DNA from: Tahibacter sp.
GTDB lineage: Bacteria > Pseudomonadota > Gammaproteobacteria > Xanthomonadales > Rhodanobacteraceae
Assembly (NCBI RefSeq): GCF_032229445.1
Contig: NZ_JAVTWC010000028.1
Location: 31,149-95,148, forward strand
DNA: 64,000 bases
Direction: 5' to 3'
The notes beneath the pieces were generated by a model, which had not been told where the DNA came from, did not search any database, and saw only the letters and a program-made list of their open reading frames with translations. Positions within the stretch are counted from its first letter, which is position 1; the number at the start of each line of letters is the position of its first letter. Made by a program: the position numbers and the translations under genes. Below, piece by piece: positions 46,429-56,485 of the stretch.

Positions 46429-47889
46429 ATGAAGCCAGCGTTAAATCTCCGCCTGCACCAGCAACTGGCGTTGACTCCGCAACTGCAGCAGGCGATCCGC
46501 CTGCTGCAGCTGAGCAGCATCGAGCTGGAGATGGAGCTGCGTGAAGCGCTCGAATCCAATCCGCTGCTGGAACTCCCCGACGAACCGGGCGAACCCGCAC
46601 CGGCCGAGGCCGAGGCCGGTGTCGATGCACCGCCAGTGGAATTCCTTGACACCCGCAACACCAGCAGCAGCGAAACCGCAAGCAGCGACAGCGGCGACGC
46701 GCGCGAGGCGGACGAGGACCGCTTCGAATCGCTGGACATGAACTTCGACACGCCCGCGCGCAACGCGCCGTCGGACGACGAATTCGAAACCCAGGAGCCG
46801 GAAAAGCAGGACCTGCGCGATCACCTGCTTTGGCAGCTGAACCTCACGCCGATGTCCGCGCGCGACCGGGCGATAGCCGTCGCCATCATCGAGGCAATCG
46901 ACGACGACGGCTATCTGCACGAACCGATCGAGGCCATCCAGCAAGGCCTCGACAGCCTGTATCAGGTCGATGCCGACGAGATCGAAGCGGTGCGCCATCG
47001 CGTGCAGCGCTTCGACCCGCTCGGCGTGGCGAGTCGTAACCTGCGTGATTGCCTGCTGGTACAGCTCGACTCGTTCGAGACCGATGTCGAAGGTCTTGCC
47101 GTGGCCCGGGCCATTGTCGCCGATCACCTGGAAGTGCTGGCCAAGAACGATCGCGCCCGCCTGAGCCGCAGCCTCAAGGCCGGCAGCGACCAGATCGACC
47201 TCGCCGTGCAGCTGATCCGCGCTCTCGATCCCAAACCGGGTTCCAGCGTCTCCAGCGCAGCGCCCGAATACGTGGCGCCCGACGCCTACGCCTTCCGCCA
47301 TCACGGCCAATGGCAGGTCAGCCTCGCCCCGGGGTGCCAACCGCAGCTGGCGATCAACCGGCACTACGAGTCACTGATCGCCCGTGCCCAGCGCGACGAT
47401 GCCTCGTACCTGCGCGGCCAGTTGCAGGAGGCGCGCTGGCTGATCAAGAGCCTGAAGACGCGCGCCGATACGATACTCAAGGTCGCCCAGTCCATCGTGA
47501 AGGCGCAAAGCGCGTTCCTCGATTTCGGTCCCGAGGCGATGAAACCACTGGTACTCAAGGACGTTGCCGAGGAAATCGGCATGCACGAATCCACGGTATC
47601 GCGCGTGACGACGCGCAAGTTCCTCTATACGCCGCGCGGCACCTTCGAGTTCAAGCACTTCTTCTCCAGCGGTGTCTCCACGGTCGACGGCGGCACCGCC
47701 TCGGCTACGGCGATCCAGGCCATGATCCGAAAGCTCATCGAGGCTGAGCCGACCGGCAAGCCGCTGTCGGACCAGGGACTGGCCGAGGAACTCAACCGCC
47801 GCGGCATCAACGTGGCCCGCCGCACGGTCGCCAAGTACCGCGAGGCGATGAATATCGCCGCCTCCAACGAGCGCTGCCGGCTCAGCTGA
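46429..47889 (+). CDS. rpoN: RNA polymerase sigma-54 factor
   Basis: 486 aa from ATG 46429. N-terminus LTPQLQQAIRLLQLS, an acidic region, and the RpoN box ARRTVAKYRE. Confidence 0.97.
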   Translation: MKPALNLRLHQQLALTPQLQQAIRLLQLSSIELEMELREALESNPLLELPDEPGEPAPAEAEAGVDAPPVEFLDTRNTSSSETASSDSGDAREADEDRFESLDMNFDTPARNAPSDDEFETQEPEKQDLRDHLLWQLNLTPMSARDRAIAVAIIEAIDDDGYLHEPIEAIQQGLDSLYQVDADEIEAVRHRVQRFDPLGVASRNLRDCLLVQLDSFETDVEGLAVARAIVADHLEVLAKNDRARLSRSLKAGSDQIDLAVQLIRALDPKPGSSVSSAAPEYVAPDAYAFRHHGQWQVSLAPGCQPQLAINRHYESLIARAQRDDASYLRGQLQEARWLIKSLKTRADTILKVAQSIVKAQSAFLDFGPEAMKPLVLKDVAEEIGMHESTVSRVTTRKFLYTPRGTFEFKHFFSSGVSTVDGGTASATAIQAMIRKLIEAEPTGKPLSDQGLAEELNRRGINVARRTVAKYREAMNIAASNERCRLS

Positions 47890-48028
47890 GCCGCTTGAAC
47901 CTGCGGCCGGGAACCCCTATGCAGGACACAGGTCAACGCTAACCACACTCTTTCGCACGAAGCCTAATGCATCGTTTCGTGCCGACCGCGTTCCGCGTCA
48001 GGAGCGCTCTACCGTAAGGAGAAGCACC

Positions 48029-48358
48029 ATGCAGATCAATGTCAGCGGCCCCAAGGTTGAAGTGACGCCGGCCCTGCGCAGCTATGTCGAAAGCAAGTTC
48101 GAGCGCATCCTGCGCCACTTCGACCACCTCCACGACATCGGCGTGACGCTGAACGTTGAGAAGCTCGTGCATAAGGCGGACGCGACCATCCATGCGGCTG
48201 CCGGCAAGATCATTCACGCGGAAGCCAGCGCCGACGACATGTATGCCGCGATCGACGCGCTGGCCGACAAGCTCGACGGCCAGATCCGCAAGCACAAGGA
48301 AAAGCTGACCGATCACCACAAGAGCGAGGCGCTGCGCGCCGCCGAGCGGATTGCGTAA
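48029..48358 (+). CDS. hpf: Ribosome hibernation promoting factor (sigma-54 modulation protein family)
   Basis: 109 aa. N-terminus MQINVSGPKVEVTPALRSYVESKFERI. Position after rpoN. Confidence 0.92.
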   Translation: MQINVSGPKVEVTPALRSYVESKFERILRHFDHLHDIGVTLNVEKLVHKADATIHAAAGKIIHAEASADDMYAAIDALADKLDGQIRKHKEKLTDHHKSEALRAAERIA

Positions 48359-48552
48359 GGCGAGTGAAAAGCACAGAGGCGCGAGAAATGAGTGAGTGCT
48401 TTACGCATCGCGTCCCGCGGCGAGCCCAGCATCCTCCAACGACCTCCTAACACCTTGAAAATATTGCGTCAGTTCATCGAGAGCCGGGCTTCTGCCCGGC
48501 TTTCTCGTTTCTGACTCCTCTAACCTCTTCAATCACATTTCCTCCCTCGACC
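48358..48552. repeat. Purine-rich/pyrimidine-rich palindromic element, copy C, with arms split by a central segment of about 93 nt
   Basis: The purine arm (48358..48406) and pyrimidine arm (48500..48552) each match arms of copies A and B: 48375..48392 vs 26190..26173 at 17/18; 48549..48536 vs 26131..26143; 48518..48499 vs 31499..31518 at 18/20. Confidence 0.65.
48482..48512 (+). terminator. Rho-independent terminator downstream of hpf
   Basis: AGCCGGGC-ttct-GCCCGGCT followed by the T-rich TTCTCGTTTCT. Confidence 0.6.
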
Positions 48553-48621
48553 AATTTCTACCGCACTGCGGCAAAACCCGCGCTATGATCCGCGACCTTC
48601 GCGACTACCTGTCCGGGCGGC

Positions 48622-49074
48622 ATGCGCTTCAGCGATCTCCTGACTCCCGACAGTGTCGTCGCCGATCTGCAGGTGCGATCACGTGGCGCGCTGCTGGAAG
48701 CGCTGGCCCAACTCATGGCGCCGACCGACCAGGCCCTGTCTGTCCTGGAAGCCCTGACCGAACGCGAAGGTCTCGGCTCCACCGCGCTGGGATCCGGTTT
48801 CGCACTTCCGCATGGACGCAGCGCCGTGCTGGCAAAGCCCCGTGCTGCCTTTGTCCGACTGATCCGGCCGGTCGCGTTCGGTGCAGCCGATGGCCGGCCG
48901 GTAGATCTGTTCGCGGCCATAGTCACCCCGAACCACTTCACGACCGGGCACCTGGCGCTGCTGGCCGACATCGCCACGCGCGCATCCGATCCGCCGACTC
49001 TCGAGCGTCTGCGCCGGGCCGCCGATGCCAGCGCGCTCCATGCCGAACTGGCAGAATGGGGCGAGCTCGCCTGA
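48622..49074 (+). CDS. ptsN: PTS IIA-Ntr (nitrogen regulatory EIIA)
   Basis: 150 aa. EIIA(Fru/Ntr) fold with phospho-His context [10 protein letters not shown]. Position after hpf. Confidence 0.9.
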   Translation: MRFSDLLTPDSVVADLQVRSRGALLEALAQLMAPTDQALSVLEALTEREGLGSTALGSGFALPHGRSAVLAKPRAAFVRLIRPVAFGAADGRPVDLFAAIVTPNHFTTGHLALLADIATRASDPPTLERLRRAADASALHAELAEWGELA

Positions 49075-49082
49075 TCGCCTCC

Positions 49083-50033
49083 ATGGATCCACTGACCGCC
49101 CGCCAGCTGTTCGACAGCCTCAGCGAACGCCTGTCACTGCGCTGGACCGCGGGAACGCAGGGCAATGGCCGCACGCTCGATCCGGGCGACAATCACGCGC
49201 GCCGTCCGTCGATGGTCGGCTATCTCAACGTGATCTACCCGAACAAGGTGCAGATCATCGGTACCGAGGAGCTGAACTACCTCGACGGCCTGGATTCGCG
49301 CCAGCGCTGGGAAACCGTGCAGAAAATCATCAACTACCGGCCCACCGCGCTGATCGTGACGAAAGATCAGGCCCTGCCCAGCGACCTGCGCGAGGCCGCC
49401 GATGAATCCAACACGCCGCTGTGGTCCAGTCCCAAGCGCGGCCACGAGATCCTGACCTTCCTGCAATATCACCTCGCGCGCCTGTTGGCGCGACGCGTGA
49501 CGCTGCACGGCGTGTTCATGGAGGTCTATTCCATCGGCGTGCTGATCACCGGCGAATCCGGGTCCGGCAAGAGCGAACTGGCGCTGGAACTGCTGACCCG
49601 CGGCCACCGCCTGGTCGCGGACGACGCGCCGGAGTTCACCCAGATCGCGCCGGACGTGGTTGACGGCCATTGCCCCGAACTGCTGCAGGACCTGCTTGAA
49701 GTGCGCGGACTGGGCGTGCTCAACGTGCGCGAGATGTTCGGCCATACCGCGGTCAAGCCGTCCAAGTACCTGCGCCTCGTCGTGCACCTGCGTCCGCTCA
49801 ATCCGCTCGACGACGTCGACGGCATGAAGCGCCTGACCGGCGACGTCGGCTATCGCGAGATCCTCGACACCCGCATTCCGCAGATCGCGATTCCGGTTGC
49901 GCCCGGCCGTAACCTTGCCGTGCTCGTCGAGGCCGCCGTGCGCAGCCACATGCTCAAGAGCAAGGGCATAGATCCCGCGCAGACCTTCATCGACCGCCAG
50001 GCCCATCAATTGCAGAAGCGGGCACCGTGGTGA
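49083..50033 (+). CDS. hprK: HPr kinase/phosphorylase
   Basis: 316 aa from ATG 49083. P-loop GESGSGKSE and signature [17 protein letters not shown]. Confidence 0.92.
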   Translation: MDPLTARQLFDSLSERLSLRWTAGTQGNGRTLDPGDNHARRPSMVGYLNVIYPNKVQIIGTEELNYLDGLDSRQRWETVQKIINYRPTALIVTKDQALPSDLREAADESNTPLWSSPKRGHEILTFLQYHLARLLARRVTLHGVFMEVYSIGVLITGESGSGKSELALELLTRGHRLVADDAPEFTQIAPDVVDGHCPELLQDLLEVRGLGVLNVREMFGHTAVKPSKYLRLVVHLRPLNPLDDVDGMKRLTGDVGYREILDTRIPQIAIPVAPGRNLAVLVEAAVRSHMLKSKGIDPAQTFIDRQAHQLQKRAPW

Positions 50034-50917
50034 GCAGCGAACCCCTGGACATCAACGGCGACGCGGACAAGGTCCACCTCGTCGTGCTGTCGGGCCTGTC
50101 CGGTGCCGGCAAGACCGTCGCCCTGCGTACGCTCGAGGATTTCGACTTCTATTGCGTCGACAACCTTCCGGCAGCACTGATGCCATCCCTCGTCGGCGCG
50201 GTCAGCCGTGGCGGCCACCGCCGCATCGCGGTCGGCGTAGACGTGCGCAATCGCAGCGAGGACCTGAACCAGCTGCCGCAGGTGCTGGCCGAGCTGGCGC
50301 GAACTGGCGTGGAATACCAGCTCATCTTCCTCGACAGCCGCGACGACGTGCTGTCCAAACGCTTTTCCGACACACGCCGGCGGCATCCGCTGTCGGCCGA
50401 CGGACTGCCGCTGCAGGATGCGATCGCACTCGAACGCAAGCTGCTGCGGCCGCTCTCGGCGATCGCCGACCGGGTCATCGAATCCAGCGATCTCAACGTC
50501 CACCAGCTGCGGCGACTCATCGCCACGGAACTCGGCGTGGGCGGCGGCGAGCTGTCGCTGCTGTTCGAGTCCTTCGCCTACCGCCGCGGCCTGCCGATCG
50601 ACGCGGACTTCGTCTTCGACGCCCGCGTGCTGCCAAATCCGCACTGGGATCCGTCGCTGCGCCCGCTGTCGGGCAAGGATGCGGCGATTCGCGAATGGCT
50701 GCAGGGCAAGCCGGAAGTGCAGCGCTTCCTCGACCAGCTGACCAGCTTCCTCGACGAGTGGCTGCCACGCTTCGAAGCCGACAACCGCTCCTACGTGACC
50801 ATCTGCATCGGCTGCAGCGGCGGCCGTCATCGCTCGGTCTATCTGGCCGAACGCCTGGCTGAACATTTCCGCGCCTCGCGCGAACAGGTCCTGACCTTTC
50901 ACCGTGAACTCGAGTAA
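50027..50917 (+). CDS. rapZ: RNase adapter/nucleotide-binding protein RapZ (YhbJ)
   Basis: 296 aa. GTG start overlaps the hprK stop. P-loop [12 protein letters not shown], and the C-terminal [12 protein letters not shown]-type motif. Confidence 0.92.
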   Translation: MVSSEPLDINGDADKVHLVVLSGLSGAGKTVALRTLEDFDFYCVDNLPAALMPSLVGAVSRGGHRRIAVGVDVRNRSEDLNQLPQVLAELARTGVEYQLIFLDSRDDVLSKRFSDTRRRHPLSADGLPLQDAIALERKLLRPLSAIADRVIESSDLNVHQLRRLIATELGVGGGELSLLFESFAYRRGLPIDADFVFDARVLPNPHWDPSLRPLSGKDAAIREWLQGKPEVQRFLDQLTSFLDEWLPRFEADNRSYVTICIGCSGGRHRSVYLAERLAEHFRASREQVLTFHRELE

Positions 50918-51069
50918 ACCCGCCCCCACCTACCAGCGACAGGCAATATTCTTGCAAGTTGCTATCCGCATTACCCTCCTGCAGGCAACCTGATGGCCAT
51001 TTCCCGCGTCATAGTCACGCAACCAGTACGCCTCCGAGCCGGCACCGCCGGCGATCGGGAGCAGACCTC

Positions 51070-51462
51070 GTGAGCGTAGGCGTGCTGTTGCTGACCCATG
51101 AGGCCATGGGCGATGCGCTGGTCTCGGCCGCGCATCACGTGCTCGGCCAGTTTCCGCTGCCGCTGGAAGTGCTCGAAGTCGGCGCCTGCGCCGACCCCGA
51201 AAGCGCATTGGGTGACGCGTCGCGTCGCGCACGCCACCTCGACCAGGGTGACGGCGTGCTGGTACTGTCGGATCTGTACGGTTCGACACCGTGCAACATC
51301 GCCCAGCGTCTGTCCGGCCTCGGCTTCCGCACCCACTGCGTGAGCGGCCTGAACCTGCCGATGTTGCTGCGCGTGCTGAACTATCCGAATCAGGATCTCG
51401 ACCAGCTGGCGCAGACCGCGGCCACTGGCGGGCGCGGCGGAATCTGCATCGACCATGCTTGA
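51070..51462 (+). CDS. PTS EIIA, mannose/fructose family
   Basis: About 130 aa from GTG 51070 (GGGAG upstream). The active-site His lies in LLLTHEAMG. The upstream part of the 167-aa ORF is not protein-like. Confidence 0.8.
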   Translation: MSVGVLLLTHEAMGDALVSAAHHVLGQFPLPLEVLEVGACADPESALGDASRRARHLDQGDGVLVLSDLYGSTPCNIAQRLSGLGFRTHCVSGLNLPMLLRVLNYPNQDLDQLAQTAATGGRGGICIDHA

Positions 51463-51724
51463 ACGCGACGTCGTCATCAGCAACAAGCTGGGCCTGCATG
51501 CCCGCGCCTCGGCCAAGCTGGTGCAACTGCTGCAGAGCTACTCATCGACAGTGTGGTTGCGCTGCCGCGGTCGCGAAATCAATGCCAAGAGCATCATGGG
51601 GGTGATGATGCTCGCGGCAGGTGTCGGCACGCCGGTCACGATCCGCGCCGAAGGCGCGGACGAGGCCGCAGCGCTGGACGCCGTGGTCGATCTGTTCCAA
51701 CGCAAGTTCGACGAAGGCCAATAG
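51455..51724 (+). CDS. ptsH: Phosphocarrier protein HPr
   Basis: 89 aa. His15 context NKLGLHARAS. Ser46 context INAKSIMGVMML (the HprK target). Confidence 0.9.
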   Translation: MLERDVVISNKLGLHARASAKLVQLLQSYSSTVWLRCRGREINAKSIMGVMMLAAGVGTPVTIRAEGADEAAALDAVVDLFQRKFDEGQ

Positions 51725-51878
51725 CCGGCGGTTGCCGCCGGACGACGCGCTGGCGCGCACGGTACGGATGGCGCGGCTTTGCCGGTCGATCCGGGCTGCG
51801 CCGGACTCGATCCGGGCAGCGAGCGCGGGCTGCGCCGCTGGATTCACCCCACCACAAGGACCCGTCCATCCCGTGAGC

Positions 51879-53615
51879 ATGCGCATCGTCCTCAATGGCA
51901 TCGGCGCCTCGCGCGGCATGGTCCTGGGACGTGCACGGCTGGTGCAGCCGAGCCAGTTCGTCATCGACGAGACCCTGCTGGAACCGGGCGAGATAGAGAA
52001 CGAGGCCGAGCGCCTGCAGCTCGCGCTGGAGACCGCACAGACGGAACTGCGCACGATCCGCGACAAGCTCCATGGCGCGCTCGCGCGCGAGATCGGCGAA
52101 TTCATCGACGCGCACAGCATGCTGTTGAACGACCCGGAGCTGCTGACCGGCCTGTTCGATCTGGTGCGCCGCGGCCGCTACCGCGCCGGCACCGCACTGA
52201 AGATGCAGCGCGACCGACTCGCCGCCGTGTTCGAGGCCATGGACGATCCCTACCTGCGCAGCCGCCGCGAGGACATCGACCACGTCATCGGCCGGGTGCA
52301 GTCCGCGCTCGCGCGCGAAACCAGTCCGGCAGAGCGCCAGATCGCCGCGCGCGTCGGCACCATCCTGGTCAGCGACCAGATCGCGCCGGCGGAAATGACC
52401 CACCTGACCGAGCAGGGCGTGCTCGCCGCAGTGTGCACCGGTTCGAGCGCGCTGTCGCACAGCGCCATCCTCGCGCGCAGCATGCGCCTGCCGATGATCG
52501 TCGGCGCGCACGAGGCGCTGGCCGAGGTCCACGACGACGACCTGCTGCTCGTCGACGGCGACCACGGCGAGGTCGTCGTGCATCCGACCGCGCAGGACCT
52601 CGCGCGCTACCGCCAGCACCAGCGCGATGCGCAACGCGAAGGCCGCCGCCTGGCCCAGCTGGCGTACGCGCCGACACGCACGCTCGACGATTGCGCGATC
52701 CGCCTGTTCGCCAATGCCGAGCTGGCCGGCGACGTGGCCCAGGCCCGCGCCAACGGTGCCGACGGCATCGGCCTGTATCGGACCGAATTCCTGTTCCTGC
52801 AGCGCAATCACCTGCCCGACGAGGACGAACAGTTCCACGCCTACCGCGACCTCGTGCTCGGCATGGGCGGGCTGCCGGTGACGATACGCACGCTGGACCT
52901 CGGTGCGGACAAGGCCGATACCACGGGCCTGGCACTGACCACGGAGCCCAATCCCGCGCTCGGCATGCGCGGCGTGCGCCTGTCGATCCGCCGGCCGGCG
53001 CTGTTCGCGACGCAGATGCGCGCGATCCTGCGCGCCTCGGCCTACGGGCCGATCCGCATCCTCGTGCCGATGGTCACGACCATCATCGAGATGCAGGCCA
53101 CGCGCAAGCTGATCCAGATCTGCGCGCGCGACCTGCGCAGCGAAGGCCACGAGGTCGCCGACCAGTTCGACCTCGGCGCCATGATCGAGGTGCCGGCGGC
53201 GGCCATCGCCCTGCCGAGCCTGATCCGCTATGTCGATTTCGTTGCGATCGGCACCAACGACCTGGTCCAGTACACGCTGGCCGCGGATCGCAACAACGAT
53301 GCGCTGTCGGAACTCTACGATCCGCTGCACCCGGCCGTGCTGCAACTGCTCGCCGCCACCATGCGCTGCGGCGAGAAGCACAGGAAGCCGGTGAGTCTCT
53401 GCGGCGAGATGGCCTCGGACGCACGCTTCACGCCGCTGCTGATCGCGCTGGGCCTCACCGACTTCAGCATGCACACCGGCGCGCTGCTCGAAGTGCGTGA
53501 CGCTGTGTCGCGCTGCGATCGCGGCCGCCTGCGCCGGCTCGCGCCGCAACTGCTGCGCGCGGAAGATCGGGAAGGGCTGGAGCGCGTCCTGGCGCGGGCA
53601 ACCGACGCCGCGTAG
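51879..53615 (+). CDS. ptsI: PTS enzyme I (phosphoenolpyruvate-protein phosphotransferase)
   Basis: 578 aa from ATG 51879. Phospho-His context GSSALSHSAILARS, plus GLYRTEFLF and IGTNDLVQYTLAADR. There is no N-terminal GAF domain, so it is the EI type rather than the EI-Ntr type. Confidence 0.93.
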   Translation: MRIVLNGIGASRGMVLGRARLVQPSQFVIDETLLEPGEIENEAERLQLALETAQTELRTIRDKLHGALAREIGEFIDAHSMLLNDPELLTGLFDLVRRGRYRAGTALKMQRDRLAAVFEAMDDPYLRSRREDIDHVIGRVQSALARETSPAERQIAARVGTILVSDQIAPAEMTHLTEQGVLAAVCTGSSALSHSAILARSMRLPMIVGAHEALAEVHDDDLLLVDGDHGEVVVHPTAQDLARYRQHQRDAQREGRRLAQLAYAPTRTLDDCAIRLFANAELAGDVAQARANGADGIGLYRTEFLFLQRNHLPDEDEQFHAYRDLVLGMGGLPVTIRTLDLGADKADTTGLALTTEPNPALGMRGVRLSIRRPALFATQMRAILRASAYGPIRILVPMVTTIIEMQATRKLIQICARDLRSEGHEVADQFDLGAMIEVPAAAIALPSLIRYVDFVAIGTNDLVQYTLAADRNNDALSELYDPLHPAVLQLLAATMRCGEKHRKPVSLCGEMASDARFTPLLIALGLTDFSMHTGALLEVRDAVSRCDRGRLRRLAPQLLRAEDREGLERVLARATDAA

Positions 53616-53811
53616 CGTCCTGTCTCGTCGTTGCGTTGAAGATATTCCGGACGGACTTCGCGGCGAGACCGGGTGCGGCGGCGCCTCGCAACGACGTATC
53701 GCGGCATAGACGCCGGAATCGACCAACGGCGACTGCGAGACAGGCCACTGCCCCCGGCCGCGGCGCGCGCTGCTCATGGCATGATCGCGCCTCCGCACCC
53801 TACGCCCTCCC

Positions 53812-54735
53812 ATGCTCGCCGCCGATCTCGACTCGCGCATTGCCTCGCTCGCCGCCGCGTTCCAGCGCCGCGAGCCGTTCCGCCATGTCGTGATCGAGCA
53901 CTTCTTCGACACCGCCAGCGCGACGCAACTGCTGGCCGATTTCCCGGCATTCGAGCGCGGCAACGCGCGCAACGAGGACGGCGGGATCGGCAACAAGTCG
54001 ACCGTCGAGAAAATCCGCGAACTCGGTCCGGCCTATGCGGCGCTGGACGATCTCGTGCAGTCGCCGGCATTCCTGCAGCGCCTGTCCGCGATCACCGGCA
54101 TTGCCGACCTGCGCTACGACCCGTGGTATTTCGGCGGCGGCACGCACGAGAACCGCAACGGCCAGGACCTCGACCCGCACGTCGACTTCAACCGCCATCC
54201 GGTCGAACCCTGGCACCGCCGACTCAATCTCATCGTGTATCTGAATCCGCAGTGGGAAGACCACTGGGGCGGCCTGCTCGAACTGCATTCGGATCCGCGC
54301 GCCGATGACGACCGCATCACGCGCATCGCGCCGCTGTTCAACCGCGGCGTCATCTTCGAGACCACGGAATGGAGCTGGCACGGCTTCGAGCGGATCGCCG
54401 TGCCGGCCGGACGCGAGGATGTCACGCGGCGTTCCATCGCCTTGTACTTCTACACAACGGAACGTCCAGCCGAGGAACTGGCACCTACCCATTCGACCAT
54501 CTACGTCGAGCGGCCGCTGCCCGAGCGCTTCCGCGCCGGAATGACGCTGAGCGAGGACGACGTCGGCGAGCTGCGCAATCTGCTCGCACGCCGCGACCAG
54601 CACAACCAGCGCCTTTACCGCGAGCTCAGCGAGCTGAATCAACGCTACGAACAGACCCGCGAAGCACTGGAGCGCGGGCTGATCGGACGGCTGCGCTACT
54701 ACGCGCGGCGCCTGCTCGCGCGCCGTGTACGCTGA
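53812..54735 (+). CDS. 2OG-Fe(II) oxygenase superfamily protein
   Basis: 307 aa. H-x-D context DLDPHVDFN and a distal His (LLELH), with RRLNLIVYLNPQWEDHWGG typical of prolyl-hydroxylase-like members. The family call is by eye. Confidence 0.65.
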   Translation: MLAADLDSRIASLAAAFQRREPFRHVVIEHFFDTASATQLLADFPAFERGNARNEDGGIGNKSTVEKIRELGPAYAALDDLVQSPAFLQRLSAITGIADLRYDPWYFGGGTHENRNGQDLDPHVDFNRHPVEPWHRRLNLIVYLNPQWEDHWGGLLELHSDPRADDDRITRIAPLFNRGVIFETTEWSWHGFERIAVPAGREDVTRRSIALYFYTTERPAEELAPTHSTIYVERPLPERFRAGMTLSEDDVGELRNLLARRDQHNQRLYRELSELNQRYEQTREALERGLIGRLRYYARRLLARRVR

Positions 54736-56380
54736 AGCAGCCGCGACAACCGCTGCTGCGCGCACGACGCGCACCGAGTGCCTGCTGCTGTGCGCCGGCG
54801 TACTCGCCTTCGGCTGCGCCGCGGCCTGGATGGGCCAGAGCAACAACTGGGATCTGCGCAACTACCACTGGTACGACGGCTGGGCCTGGCTGAGCGGTCG
54901 TAGCGCGCAGGATCTCGCTGCGGCGCAGGCGCAGACCTGGTTCAACCCGACGCTGTCGGCACTGCTGTATCTGTTGCTGTCCACCGCGCCGCCTTGGCTC
55001 GGCACCTTCGTGCTCGGCGCGGTGCAGGGACTCAACCTGCTGCCCCTCCATCGCATCGCCGTGCAGTTGCTGCCGCCGGCGCTGCTGCAGCGGCGTCGCT
55101 GGCTCCCACTGCTGATCGCTCTGGTCGGCGCCACCGGTGCGACCCAGCGCGGTGAACTTGGCGCCGGCTTTGGCGACAACCTCGTGAGCCTGCCGCTGCT
55201 GTGCGCACTCGCCCTGCTGCTGCCTCCTCAGTCCGGACGCGGGCGCATCGCGGCGGCCGGCGCGCTGCTCGGGCTGGCAGTGGGACTGAAACTCACGGCT
55301 GCGCCGGTCGCGAGCGGGATCGTGCTCGCCGCGCCACTGCTGTTTGCGGCGCGCGGATGCATTCCCGGATTGGCGGCACGCGCAAGGCGTGCCACCGCGT
55401 TGCGGCGCTGGCTGCTGCTGGCGGGCTACGCGCTGGCCGGCTTCCTGCTCGTCAACGGCCACTGGATGTGGCAGCTGTGGCGCGAATTCGGCAATCCGCT
55501 GTTCCCGCTGTTCGGTTCCGTTTTCGGCGGCGATTTCGTCGCGCCGGCCGAACTGCGCGATACGCGCTGGCTGCCGCGCGGCGCGCTGGAATGGCTGTTC
55601 TATCCACTGGTCTGGGCCGACCAGCCGCGACGCGTGTCCGAACTGTGGTTCCTCGATCTGCGTCTGCCACTGCTGTTCCTTGCGCTGCTCGCGCTGCCGC
55701 TGTGGCGGTGCCGCGCGCGTGCATCGTTGCCGCAGCCACGGAGGCTGGATTTCGTGCTGCTCGCGGTCGTGCTCGCGTACCTGCTGTGGCTCGCGCTGTT
55801 CGGCTACTACCGCTATCTCGTCGTGCTGGAAATGCTCGCGCCGCTGCTGCTGGTCGTCGCGCTGCTCGCCCTGCCCTGGCGCATCGGCCTGGCGACGGCA
55901 TGCGCGGTGCTGGTCATCGTCGGCTTGGCTACACGGCCGCCGCGCTGGGGCCGGCTGGCGCACTACGGCGATCACTACGTCGAAGTGATGCTGCCGGCGC
56001 GCGCACAGGTGGCGAACGCGCTGGTCGTCTTCGGCAGCCGCGAGCCGCTCGCGTTCCTCGCGCCGGCATTTCCCGACAGCACACGGTTCGTGCGCATCGT
56101 CGGCAACGCGCTCGGCCCGCCGCTGCCCGAGTGGGCGCTGGACCGCGCCGTGTACGAACGACTGCACCGGCACGACGGGCCATTGCTGCTGCTTGCGAGC
56201 GATGTGAACGAAACATCGCTGCAGGAAGCCCTGCGACGGCATCGCCTGACAGCGACAGCGGGCGCCTGCGACCCCGTGGACAGCAACCTGTTCGACGGCG
56301 AAATGCGGCCGCAGTTGTGCGAACTGCGCACGCTGCCACCGACACACACGGCGGATACCGTGTCGCCAGCGGCGCAGTGA
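54725..56380 (+). CDS. Polytopic membrane protein, GT-C-like glycosyltransferase (DUF2029/GT87-like)
   Basis: 551 aa with about 12 or more TM helices. The first-loop acidic/aromatic motif NNWDLRNYHWYDGWAWLSG resembles GT-C/GT87 catalytic loops. It overlaps the upstream gene by 11 nt. Confidence 0.55.
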   Translation: MYAEAAATTAAARTTRTECLLLCAGVLAFGCAAAWMGQSNNWDLRNYHWYDGWAWLSGRSAQDLAAAQAQTWFNPTLSALLYLLLSTAPPWLGTFVLGAVQGLNLLPLHRIAVQLLPPALLQRRRWLPLLIALVGATGATQRGELGAGFGDNLVSLPLLCALALLLPPQSGRGRIAAAGALLGLAVGLKLTAAPVASGIVLAAPLLFAARGCIPGLAARARRATALRRWLLLAGYALAGFLLVNGHWMWQLWREFGNPLFPLFGSVFGGDFVAPAELRDTRWLPRGALEWLFYPLVWADQPRRVSELWFLDLRLPLLFLALLALPLWRCRARASLPQPRRLDFVLLAVVLAYLLWLALFGYYRYLVVLEMLAPLLLVVALLALPWRIGLATACAVLVIVGLATRPPRWGRLAHYGDHYVEVMLPARAQVANALVVFGSREPLAFLAPAFPDSTRFVRIVGNALGPPLPEWALDRAVYERLHRHDGPLLLLASDVNETSLQEALRRHRLTATAGACDPVDSNLFDGEMRPQLCELRTLPPTHTADTVSPAAQ

Positions 56381-56485
56381 CAGACATCGCGCGATGCATC
56401 GGGCTTCGCCACAAGCCGCACGCTGCCACTGCCCCAGGGTGAATAGCACGGCGCTGGAGTACCTCCGGCGCGACGATCTCGCCCG

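Noticed and set aside
53618-53754. Several 7-9-nt long-range complementary segments in the ptsI-to-oxygenase spacer (CCTGTCTCG/CGAGACAGG, TCGTTGCG/CGCAACGA, ATTCCGG/CCGGAAT), suggesting a structured RNA or pseudoknot
   Set aside because: By rough estimate, matches of this length are expected by chance within about 150 nt of GC-rich DNA. The pairings cross each other, and there is no supporting motif. This would need covariation data.
51636-53996. 786-aa minus-strand ORF opposite ptsI, plus the other frames 51779..53500 and 52369..52935
   Set aside because: The plus-strand frame encodes an unmistakable enzyme I (phospho-His, TIM-barrel motifs). The antisense and off-frame translations are low-complexity Arg/Ala/Pro strings.
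54626-56449. 607-aa minus-strand ORF and 413-aa plus off-frame ORF across the GT-C-like gene
   Set aside because: Both are Arg/Gln/Ala-rich with no hydrophobic periodicity. The chosen frame gives a coherent polytopic membrane protein and is coupled to its neighbours.
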